Assembly (NCBI GenBank): GCA_950097015.1
Contig: CATNEN010000038.1
Span: 27,590,001-27,654,000, forward strand
Direction: 5' to 3'
Source of the DNA: Macrostomum hystrix
Lineage: Eukaryota > Animalia > Platyhelminthes
Length of the DNA stretch: 64,000 nt
Position numbers and translations under genes: made by a program. The notes beneath the pieces are model-generated. The model was not told the DNA's origin, made no database searches, and saw only the letters and a list, made by a program, of their open reading frames with translations. This document shows positions 45,609-56,311 of this stretch, in pieces. Each line of letters opens with the position of its first letter. Within the stretch, counting starts at the first letter, position 1.

Positions 45609-46433
45609 TCAACCCTTCAGCGGACATTCGCCTGGCACAATGGACTTCGGCTTCGGGCATAGGCACATCGTGAGGCAGCGGTTCTGGTAGGTCTTCCGGC
45701 CGTCGACGCATACAGGGTCGTACACATCGGCGCACATTGGGCAAGCCCTGGGACAGCAGGGTCCGCGTGAGGTACAAATTACCCCAGCGCAACGGGCGAA
45801 GCACGGATTGTCGTAGGTCACACCGTCGCTGCCGCACACTGGATGATAGAACTTTGAGCAGGCGCACGGACACGGGCCGTCGACAATGTGCTTAGCGCCG
45901 GCGCAGCTGGCTAAGCACTTGTTGCCATAATCCTTTCCGTCGCCGCACACTGGCTTGTAGATCGCCGGGCATATGCAAGCTGGATTTAGCGTAGGGCAGA
46001 GACCGCCGACAATGTGCTTCGCTCCAGCGCAGAGAGCCATGCACTCGTTGCCATAATCCTTTCCATCGCCGCATACTGGCTTGTAGATCGCCGGGCATAT
46101 GCAAGCAGGATTTAGCGTAGGGCAGAGACCGTCGATAATGTGCTTCGCTCCAGCGCAGAGAGCCATGCACTCGTTGCCATAATCCTTTCCGTCGCCGCAC
46201 ACTGGCTTGTAGATCTTGGTGCAGTAGCAGGGAGTCGGTGTCGGACAGGGGACAACTTTGACGCCGGCGCAATTAGCCCGACACTCGTCGTAGTACTTTT
46301 TCCCATCGGCGCCACATGCGGGATCAGGCTCCCGAATGTACACAGGACAACTAGCTTCGCAGTCACCTGGCTTTGCCAGTGCACTCTGACACACTAGCGT
46401 CAAACCAATGAGTAGTATCATGATGTGTTTCAT
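45609..46433 (-). CDS. Secreted six-domain Kazal-type serine protease inhibitor K2 (intronless CDS)
   Basis: Signal peptide [20 protein letters not shown] and repeated CxCxxxYxPVCGxDGxxYxNxC motifs. Confidence 0.92.
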   Translation of the reverse strand: MKHIMILLIGLTLVCQSALAKPGDCEASCPVYIREPDPACGADGKKYYDECRANCAGVKVVPCPTPTPCYCTKIYKPVCGDGKDYGNECMALCAGAKHIIDGLCPTLNPACICPAIYKPVCGDGKDYGNECMALCAGAKHIVGGLCPTLNPACICPAIYKPVCGDGKDYGNKCLASCAGAKHIVDGPCPCACSKFYHPVCGSDGVTYDNPCFARCAGVICTSRGPCCPRACPMCADVYDPVCVDGRKTYQNRCLTMCLCPKPKSIVPGECPLKG

Positions 46434-47429
46434 TATTCTCTGAATCAACTGTCTTAGTAAAAAAAGACGAGGTCACTACGCTTGTATTATTGGCTTTTGT
46501 TCTTAGAATAGAAGCATGGAAGGCGAACTCCATGGGGCTTTATATGCATTTTAAGCAAGCTAGAAAGAAAACACAATATTTACTGTTTTGACACGGCGAA
46601 TGTTTTTTCGCCGCAGATGCAGTAAAAAAGGTCCCCTCGTTCTGCTAATAAACACTAATTAGCAAGTGGATATGCACCATTCGAAAAACGCATCAAGAAA
46701 ATATAATTAACCCAGTCGACCTGCTTTTTTATTACGCGTAAAGCATATTATAGTCGCATATCCAACTGCGCCGTTCGCGGCTGAAATTTCCATTGCTTAG
46801 CACATAATTTGATACAGATGACGAGTCTGGCGACGAAGTCAATTCTCGTGTGAATGATTTGGAGAAGAAAGTGAAGAGCAGGAACATTCGAGTGCAGAAA
46901 CTGAGGTCCTCCACGCTAACGAGGTACAGAAATTGTGAGAGTGGGCGATGTTCCTTTCGACAGGTAATAACTCTGAATAGAACAAATAAAACGTTCTTTA
47001 CCTTTTACCATTTAGTTCTAAACGAAAATAAATAACGCAGTTTTCGCAAAAGAAGCTCTTCATTTCCTAATGACACATCATTTGGGGACCCACAGGTCTT
47101 TATGTACTCGTACATCTGACTGTGCCTTGGGGTTTGCCCCGAGCTTGCGTCCCAAATGAATTTGGCCTGCTTCGGACAATTGTCTGAGCTGAGGGACATT
47201 GGAGTGAGAGGCAGATGCATTGTTTCCAACTCTCCGCCCTCCAGCACACGTTCTTAGTTTTGTAGAAAAAAATCGAAGTTTTAAATAAAAATTGATTTGA
47301 AAGAAATAGTAAGTAAAACTCAGCACCAATCACCGAAGCAACGTTTACTGTATCGAAAACAAAGCTAATTTCCTTTCACAAGACAGTATAATCTCTTGTT
47401 TGCTGATGTCAGAAAATCGTGACCGAGTC

Positions 47430-48263
47430 CTAGCAGTCATTTTTGCACTCTCCTGGTATTATAGACTTGGGCTTCGGACACAGGCAGGCGATCAAGCAGC
47501 TGTTATTGTAAGTAACGCCGTCAGCGCACACAGGGTCGCGGTAGGTATCCGAGCAGCGTATGGCACAAGGAGGACAACATTCGCCAGGGGTAAAAGACTT
47601 CACTCCTGAGCACTTTGCCAAGCACGCATTGCCGTACGTAACGCTGTCATCGCCGCACACTGGTTTCTTGTTCTTCGGGCAGGCACACTCGCAGGGACCC
47701 TCCCGAATATGCTTGGCTCCAGCGCATTTTGCTAGGCACGCATTGCCATACCTTTTGCCATCGCCGCACACCGGCTGGTAATGTAGAGGGCAGAGACACA
47801 CTGGCTTAGTCTGACATGGTCCTTCAATACACTTTTGAGCGTTTGCGCATTGAGCAGTGCATCCGTTACTGTACTCGATTCCTTCACAACAGACGGGCTT
47901 GAAAATGGCAGGGCAGATGCAGGCTGGGTTTTGCGTGGGGCAAGGCTCGTCAACAATGTTCTGGGCACCGGCGCATTCAGCAAGACATCTATTTCCGAAC
48001 TCTTTGCCATCGCTGCAAACTGGCTTGAGAATCCTGGTGCAGGGGCAGATTTTTGGTGTCGCTGTTGTCGGACAGGGGACAACCCGGACCCCGGCGCATG
48101 CGGCGTGGCAATTGTCGTAGTATTGATTTCCGTCAACACCGCATGCGGGATCAGGTTCCCTTATGTACGTCGGACATTTCGATATGCAGTGAGAGCCAAC
48201 AATGTGGGCTGATTGCACACGGAACAGCGCAAACAAACCCAGGACTAATGTAAGTTGATGCAT
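47430..48263 (-). CDS. Secreted six-domain Kazal-type inhibitor K3
   Basis: Signal peptide MHQLTLVLGLFALFRVQSA (an in-frame upstream ATG at 48329 is less likely) and six Kazal motifs. Confidence 0.9.
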   Translation of the reverse strand: MHQLTLVLGLFALFRVQSAHIVGSHCISKCPTYIREPDPACGVDGNQYYDNCHAACAGVRVVPCPTTATPKICPCTRILKPVCSDGKEFGNRCLAECAGAQNIVDEPCPTQNPACICPAIFKPVCCEGIEYSNGCTAQCANAQKCIEGPCQTKPVCLCPLHYQPVCGDGKRYGNACLAKCAGAKHIREGPCECACPKNKKPVCGDDSVTYGNACLAKCSGVKSFTPGECCPPCAIRCSDTYRDPVCADGVTYNNSCLIACLCPKPKSIIPGECKNDC

Positions 48264-48940
48264 TTCCTTTTCTTTTCGCTGAATCAAAGCGTCGTTCGTG
48301 CGCAGCACAATTCTGTTAAAAGTTTTCATGGACTCAATATATATATGTTAACGACAGGTGTTAAAGATCGTTACTATTTTTTTCGCTTCAATTTTCGGAC
48401 TTGAATCGCAAAAGATTTTGCTTTTGAGGAAGACTTTTGAGTTTCGGATTAAGTTTTGCATCGATATCGATTTAAATTTCGAACAAGTCACGAATATGAG
48501 TCGACTTCCGTATTCTGAACAGCACCTGCTCACTGCAAATTCTTCTGTTAAGTCCGATCAATTCCAATCGATTCCCTAGTATTTGAGTTCAACCAGCTGT
48601 GAAATTAGTACCATACTCGTATTTTAGCTGAGAAAATTCGAAATTTTGACTTCAATTTGAAATACAAATTTTGGGTAAAGTGCGCAAAATGTTGTGAAAT
48701 ATAAGGTTGAGTCATTCGTTTATTTTGTTTTTTTTTCGTTCGTTGCTGAAATTTTAAATTAGTAATGTGAAAAGTGAAACACTGAAAGTTAAGCTAATTT
48801 GATTACCAAACCATTATATAAAATTCATGCATTTATGAAACACATTTTTGAAACAATATTAAGAATCCGGATATTCGGCAGCAAATATTACTAATAAAGT
48901 AGTGGATTAGTCTTAAAATTTTGAGCACATTTTCTCAGCT

Positions 48941-49399
48941 TTAGCGTCGGCCCTTCCTGCATACTCCTGGTACAATTGACTTTGGCTTCGGGCACAGGCA
49001 GAAGGTCATGCACCTATTCGGGTAGGTTACTCCGTCAGCGCACACCGGATCGTAGATGTTCGCACATTTGACAGCGCAAGGCTGGCAGCAGGGACCGCGG
49101 GTTGCCCGGCTGACGCCGGCGCAATGAGCCAGGCACCGGTTGTCATAGGTTACGTGGTCAGGGCCGCAGACCGGCTTGTAGATCTCTGGGCAGCTGCACT
49201 TGCAAGGACCGTCGACGATCTTGTCGGCGTGGGCGCACTTGGCCCGACACCTGTCCATGTACTCCTTGCCGTCGCCGCACACAGGAGGCGGCGCGCGGAC
49301 GTACACCGGGCAGAGCGACTCGCAGCTGCTAGCAGCAAGCGTAGAAGAGCTGCAAACCGCAAGCAGCACCAGAAGTAACAGATTTTGAAGCGCTGCCAT
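48941..49399 (-). CDS. Secreted three-domain Kazal-type inhibitor K4
   Basis: Signal peptide MAALQNLLLLVLLAVCSSSTLA and three Kazal motifs. A TATA-like TATAAA lies at ~49482-49487 on the minus strand. Confidence 0.92.
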   Translation of the reverse strand: MAALQNLLLLVLLAVCSSSTLAASSCESLCPVYVRAPPPVCGDGKEYMDRCRAKCAHADKIVDGPCKCSCPEIYKPVCGPDHVTYDNRCLAHCAGVSRATRGPCCQPCAVKCANIYDPVCADGVTYPNRCMTFCLCPKPKSIVPGVCRKGRR

Positions 49400-50107
49400 T
49401 CAAACTGCTTAGCGAAGAAATTTCAAGACAAAAAAATAAGCTTGAGTTTCACTTAGAAATTCTTCAATAGCAAAGGTGTGCTTTATAATAGCCGCACTAC
49501 AACATGCACGCTGTCAGACGTGCGAAACAATTACGTTCTTAGTGACGTTATTAGAGTGTTCGTCAGTTTTTTTTAACAAAAGCCTGCACGTTGTTTTTAA
49601 GCCAGTGAAAATGTCTAAATGTGAAGATGCGAAGGCTGCGACCCAATCATTGCTCAAAAGAGTACCGAGATTTCCGGTTTCGACCTCATTTTAGACCATA
49701 ATCATTGAGTAATGCGGTCTCAAGGTTTATTCCAATGGGTATACAGGCATTTAAAAACGAATACAGTCGAGTAGCGTGTTTTGTTCACTCATAGATTTTC
49801 TATTTTCATAATGCGTCACTAGAGCGTTTTTAAAGGGTCTGTTGAAAGTGAAGTGAGCGTCATTGCTATCGTATGCTATCGCCAATTATATAAAGTCGCT
49901 ATTTGAGTCAGCTATGTAAGGGTTAAATTTACTTATAACTAATGAAAAATATTCCAAGTGTATACGAACCAGCTTTTGAAGCAAAAACTAACTTAAAATG
50001 AGCAATGCTCGTAAAGCTGAGAACGCTGGATATGAGATTAAGAAGCGAATCGCCTTAAAGAGTTTGGTTGCTAATATCGCAGATCGGAAACCCAGAATAC
50101 TTCAGCG

Positions 50108-50686
50108 CTAATCTTTCTTACACTCTCCTGGTACAACTTTATTGGGTGGCGGACACAGGCACAGGGTCAGGCAGCGGTTCCTGTAGGTCACTCCGTCAGC
50201 GCACACCGGATCGTACGTGTTAAGGCATAGAAAAGTGCACGGTCGACAGCAGGGACCCCGCGTTGAATGATTGATGCCGGCGCAGCGGGCGAGGCATTTG
50301 TTAGAGTAGGTGACGCCATTGCTACCACACACCGGTCTGTAGATCTTCCGGCATTTGCACGGACAGGCTCCATCTCTGATCTTCTTTGCCCTCGCGCATT
50401 CAGCAAAGCATTTGTTGGAGTAGGTCTTGCCGTCTCCGCACACTGGCAGGTAGTACTCAGGACAGATGCACGGCGGCTTCTGAGGCGGACAGGGACCAGG
50501 TGTGATGACTTCGGCTTTGGCGCACTTGGCCCGACACTCGTCCATGTACTCTTTTCCGTCACCGCACACGGGTGGTGGCGCGCGGATGTACACTGGGCAG
50601 CCGGACTCGCAGCTGCCAACAGCCGTAACCGCGGCGATCAGACAGGCCGACGCGAGTAGCAGCAAATAGCCTTGAAGCGCAGCCAT
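50108..50686 (-). CDS. Secreted four-domain Kazal-type inhibitor K5
   Basis: Signal peptide MAALQGYLLLLASACLIAAVTA and four Kazal motifs. Confidence 0.92.
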   Translation of the reverse strand: MAALQGYLLLLASACLIAAVTAVGSCESGCPVYIRAPPPVCGDGKEYMDECRAKCAKAEVITPGPCPPQKPPCICPEYYLPVCGDGKTYSNKCFAECARAKKIRDGACPCKCRKIYRPVCGSNGVTYSNKCLARCAGINHSTRGPCCRPCTFLCLNTYDPVCADGVTYRNRCLTLCLCPPPNKVVPGECKKD

Positions 50687-51519
50687 GTGATACAATAAGT
50701 AGATAAGCTTATTGATTAGTTTTAGATACTAGATTGAGTCCATAGTTTTGATTTCCCATTTTACTATTTAAATTCCAGTATTTATAGACTTTTCCCCATT
50801 CTTAGTCGATCTTTGAGACATGACGAGGTCAATTAATATCAAAAAACTTTTCATTGAGAGTGGCGTAAACATGTTTTCAAATTGTCGCTAAGCTGTTTGG
50901 AAGTATGCTTTGCCGGCTCCATTGTGTGACGTAGCTTGAAATTTATAGCGTCTTACAGAAATTTCCTTTGAGTGTTACGCGCGGGCTTTGTTTTGCTTCT
51001 AAATTTAGTGATGAAAGGAATTTTGTTTATAAGGTTAGTCGCATTGACATGTGCGTCAATGTCAATTTATGCATGGCATTAGAATCAGTTCTCATTTAAA
51101 TTATAATATTTAATACAAATCGGTTAACTACGAGTTATTTAATAATAATATAATTTAAACGCGCATGCCTTCTATATGTGCTGATTTTTTCGATAAGTTA
51201 AATTTAAGATATTTCTACTATGTGTTTTGTTAGTGCTTCAGTAGTTTTCCTGTCTTCCTGTGTCATTATGAAGTTAGATTTTTCTTTTGTTGTTAGGGAC
51301 GTGAAATTATGAGTTGTCGCTGAATTATATTTTTAAAATTCGATCGTGCGTACAATACATATTCCAATTCTGCACTTAAATAAGAAGTGGACCTCGTTTA
51401 TGAAGCTAACTAATGAAGTTTCAGTATCGATTCCATAGTCCTTGCTTGGATTGATGGTTTGAGGATCTGTTGAGAACAGTCGATAAAAGAATAATTATTG
51501 ATTTCATAACGCAGTCGTC

Positions 51520-51800
51520 AATAATAATATTTGCATGAGGCCTGTAGGCACTGGCACAAATCTGCCCATTCCACTGACTCCTGAGCACACACGACACAGA
51601 TACTGTACGCAGGCACACACACACAGGTGTGTACATCTATTTGTCTTGACTTTCGCATCGTCTGGCAGTGTAGGCTTTCTCTGCGCCTCGGAGGTTGCAC
51701 GACAAGCCCCCAAGCTTCGCTTCGCAACTGCGCCCCAAATGAATGCGGCCTCACAGCGGAATCGAACTCGTGCGAGAGGCGCTCTGCCACTTACCCACCT
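51520..51800 (-). mobile_element. SINE family B, degenerate copy
   Basis: Contains the CTGACTCCTGAGCACACACG, GCACGACAAGCCCCCAAGC and GCGGAATCGAAC blocks. Confidence 0.75.
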
Positions 51801-52566
51801 GAGACACTGTCGGTACTGTATTAGTTAAATATGAATCCATGAATGAATTCATGAATCTCGCATACTAACATAGCTACACAAATATCCTAACCATTGCTGC
51901 TTCCTCGGGTCGACCAACTTAAATGAAAGCACGCTGAAATGTAAAAAATATTCATTTCTTTTGTTATTAATTAATGAAAAAGAGACGCACTAAGTTGAGC
52001 TTTCACTGCTAATACAATTTGCACTAAAAAGTGCCCATCACTTCACCAAAATGTACTTGTACTTCTCTGCCGTTATTTCAAAAGAAACATTTTCGCTTTG
52101 ATCGAGTAAGACTCACTCGACATATATTTTTTGTGCGTTAAGAAACGTTGATTAACACATTAGTTTTTTTCATTTGTATCATCAACGTACTGGAGCAGCT
52201 GGAGAAAATAAATTGATTTGACTATACTCAAGCAAGTTAAAATTGAAGCGAAAGAATTAAATGACTAAAATTTGGCTATACAACCATCTATGTCCGATAT
52301 TCGCACACAAAGTAGCGACAGACAATGCTGAGGCTCGTGAAAAAAATAGCTGTTTTATTTGTATTTTCTTCTTGTAAACATGATTACCAATAGTTTTTTA
52401 TGTATGAGTGAATTAAAAAGACAGAATAAATATATTGGATTTCACGGTACCTCCTGTGAAATTCAAACAACTTGCAATCGTAGCAACGATAGTCAGAATA
52501 ATTTACAGATGAAGATATGTTAAAACATTTTCGAAGCACAACAAGAGTCCCATTTTTGTTTCTTAA

Positions 52567-53125
52567 CAGTAGAAAGACAACGCTATTTTTCACGGGGTGC
52601 AAATACACACTGCCTACTTCACGAATAACTGATTTTTGTCAAACTCCACCGTATAGGAATCGAAGTTTTCATAGCTTCACTACAAATTAACTTTCAAAGC
52701 CAAGGACAACTACGAGTAACATTTAATTGCTTGGTATACGAGCGTATAGACCTCTATGGCGAATCCATATTGGTTCAAAAATGAAAATATTACCTGTTTA
52801 ATCAATACAAAATAGTCAATGATAGCCAACATGATTACATGATGATTTTTTAGAGCAGAAATATTATGCCTATTTTGGTGGTTTCTGTCACCAAAACTTT
52901 CCCTTAGAAATCCGACTTCAGAGTGAACTAACTCTGGTTAGAATCGTTGAATATCTCGTTTTCATTATCTAAGTTGTAAATTTTTTGTGATTCTGGAAGT
53001 TAGTTCATCAGATAGAATGAAAAATTTTAGCCCTCGTTCTGGATTTTCATGGCGAATAGTTGAATATTTTAAAGAAACAGAAAACAGAAGAAATGTGGTA
53101 TTTGAAATACTCGGTCTTTCTCCTG
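52567..53125. mobile_element. TIR element CAGTAGAAAGAC..GTCTTTCTCCTG with TTAA flanks
   Basis: TTAA lies directly on both sides. The termini match the 5384-5598 element. Internal blocks are also shared with ~25390-25545. Confidence 0.7.
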
Positions 53126-53147
53126 TTAACTAGTTTAATCCTTGTGC

Positions 53148-53723
53148 TTACGTTTTCTTGCACGCTCCGGGTGTGATTTTCTTTGGTCGCGGACACAGGC
53201 ACGTTGTCAGGCAGCGGTTATTGTAGGTAACACCGTCAGCGCACACCGGATCGTAAACGTCGATGCAAAACACCTTGCACAGTCGACAGCAAGGACCGCG
53301 CTTGAAACGCTTGATGCCGGCGCAGCGGGCCATGCACTTGTTGGGGTATGTGACACCATCAGAACCGCACACTGGCTTGTAGATTTTCGGACATTTGCAC
53401 GGGCAAGCGCCTTTTGTGATTATCTTGGCCTTAGCACAGCGAGCAAAGCAGTCGTTGGAGTAGGTCTTGCCATCTCCGCACACTGGCATGTAGTACAGGG
53501 GGCAGATACACGGTGGCTTCCGAGTCGGACAGGGACCGGGTGTGATCACTTTGGCTTTGGCGCACTTGGCCCGACACTCGTCCATGTACTCTTTGCCATC
53601 GCCGCACACCGGTGGTGGCGCGCGGATGTAAACCGGGCAGCCGGACTCGCAGGAGTGAGCTGCAGACACCGCAACGATCAGGCTGGCTGTAGAAGCCAAA
53701 AGAAGTAGGAGCGACGACTGCAT
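53148..53723 (-). CDS. Secreted four-domain Kazal-type inhibitor K6
   Basis: Signal peptide [21 protein letters not shown] and four Kazal motifs. Domain 1 is almost identical to that of K5. Confidence 0.92.
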   Translation of the reverse strand: MQSSLLLLLASTASLIVAVSAAHSCESGCPVYIRAPPPVCGDGKEYMDECRAKCAKAKVITPGPCPTRKPPCICPLYYMPVCGDGKTYSNDCFARCAKAKIITKGACPCKCPKIYKPVCGSDGVTYPNKCMARCAGIKRFKRGPCCRLCKVFCIDVYDPVCADGVTYNNRCLTTCLCPRPKKITPGACKKT

Positions 53724-54649
53724 TGTTAGCTTTAGTTTGTCAGCTGAAATACACTACTAGCTCAGAAACTTGTTATGAATTGCCAGAGCAGAGGGCATTT
53801 ATACCCTGTGCGATTTTCATACAGGCATGACTAATAAATGAGTCAATAAGACCATTGTTTTGGAAGATTTTCTTGGAAATAAGAATGCCATGTTGTTTCA
53901 TTGTGCGTAGCATATTTTCTATTTTTCCGGTCAACGCCCACACACGCTGACTGTAAGGCACGTTGCTAATACGAGCTAATTTCGTTGCACACTTCACCTC
54001 AGTTAGGCTAGTTTTTTATCTAGCTAAATAGATAAATATCTAAATCTTTATTTCATGTAGTAAATCGTCCTTCATAACTTCTTATTTCCGAGTAGCTCGA
54101 TTTCGCCAAAAAATAGAAAATTAATCTTTGTTTCTGTGACAAAGAAAGATTAAAATATAGCAGTAATTGTGATCCGTGCTCCTTCTTATAACGGTTGATT
54201 TCTTTAATTAATTTTTTCTGATAATTTTTAATTTAAATAAATTGATTTATTTTATTGGTCTTATTTTTACAATTCAATTTGGCTTAACATATACTAAATA
54301 AAAGAATCAGCTCATTAATTTTAAGCGTGCGCATATTAATATTAGTATATTAACTAGCAACCAAGACCCCCTTTAGGGGAAGAAGATCACGCTTTACAGC
54401 CCCTGTAAGAATAATAGTCACAAATTTTACGCAACTCTCAACTCATCGCTAATCATGACGTCTCACTTTCAGCAAATCGAAAAGACCTCTAGGTCATTAA
54501 CGCAAAGCGAATCTTTTTTAAACCATTTTTTTAATTAATCAAGCATGGTTGTAATAAGTGAACTTTGCGAAGACATTCTATTATACTGGCATGAAAATCA
54601 TATACTAATATTTCCTTCTTGTCTCCGCGCCCTATAGCAATCGCCATTT

Positions 54650-54930
54650 CTCACTTTACAATCTCCTGGCACAACTTTCTTGGGTGGCGGACACAGGCAC
54701 AGGGTCAGCGGTCAGCGACTGTAGGTCACTCCGTCGGCGCACAGATCGTACGTGTTGACGCACAGAAAAGAGCACAGTCGATACAGCAGGGACCCCGCCT
54801 TGAATCCTTGATGCCGGCGCAGCGGGCGAGGCATTTGCTAGAGAAGTTGACGGCATTGCTGCCACACAGGGGGCGGCGCGCGTTTGTACAGCCGACATGC
54901 CGACTCGCAGCTATCGATGACTGTCATGGG
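54650..54930 (-). pseudogene. Kazal-type inhibitor pseudogene K7 (K5-like)
   Basis: SCESACRLYKRAPPPV is fused, with a frameshift, to GSNAVNFSSKCLARCAGI..RGPCC, then a frameshifted LCLCPPPKKVVPGDC. Confidence 0.8.
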
Positions 54931-56311
54931 GTTGATGCTAGCTGAAGACATTGGGCACAGACATCTCTCTTAAGTCGCTAACGAGTTATCTTACATTTAT
55001 GTACAGTGATTGGTTCATATTGATTAGCTTTGCTTTGTTCGTTTATATTTATAAAGTTTTTAACAGAATTTCCAATATGGGAGTCACCTCTATCTGGTGC
55101 ATCTGTTAGATAGATAGAAAGCAACAAGACTTATAACAAGTCTCGACTAGCAACCTTTTTTGTAACAGATTCCAACCAATTTGATTGCCTAATTGTAGTC
55201 CTTTCAGTGATTCTTACATTTTTGTGCTAGTTTTTTTCAAATCAAATAAGGAAACGAGTAGTTGATGTCGTCTAACTCTGTCAGCTGACTAATGTTTGCT
55301 TGGAAAGTTTTAAATCGACATTTTTTAATTCATCCTACTTTAAGTAGAATTTTGCGAATAAATAGCATTTTAGCAGCACTTTCTCATTTTATATTTATTG
55401 GTAAAATTGAATCATGATTCACAGTAAAAAGAACAGTAAATAAAAAAAAATTTCAGAGCAAACAGAAAATTCGAATCAAATCAATCGAAGCTACACTGAC
55501 ATAAACAGTGGATTTTCAGCTTGATGTATCTATGGATGCTAGGCTATTGAATGCAGATGAACTTTTTATGCATAAATAATGTTATGGAACAATATACTGA
55601 TCGAGGATAAAAACACGTTGGTACCTGCATAGGTATGTTTTGAATGAAATCGAAAAGCTCAATAATGTGCGTCGTGTCATCATAATAAAACAAACAAAGC
55701 TGGTTGCACAAGCCGGCAGGTGAAAATTATCATCAAATAAACAAAAGTACGCACAGCGAAAGGCGCAAATAGGGGCGGTTCCTACATGATGACTCAGCAC
55801 AAAGTTAAGTAGAGCTGTAGAGATAAAAATGTAGATCGTAAAGTATTTTAAGCTTATTACACCTGCAGTAGCGACCGAATCCGATTAAGTACATAAGCCT
55901 TGGGGGTAAATGGTGAGAATATATTAAGCAGAAAATGAATTATCAGGCCCACAAGTGTAACGATTTTCTGTTGATGAGATTTAGCTTTACAGGAAAGACT
56001 ATTGAGCATGCAAAAATTTTTATGAACACGTCAGCGCACAATTAAACAAATTCGTGTACTCTTAGTTCAAATTCTAAAAAACAACAGTGACATGACACCA
56101 ATATGTTGGAATTCAATGTATACTATTTACGAATATGCAATACCCATTTAAGCCCTTTTGTATCAGATACTTTCAATTTGTATCAGACGTTGCATAGTTT
56201 CCCATCGCTCATCGGTTGGTTCAGTCAGTAAAGTGACCCATTTTAAATTTTCATTTGAAGTGGTAAAAAGCAGGTAAGATTCGCAAAAGCAGCATTTAAC
56301 CAATTCTCAAG

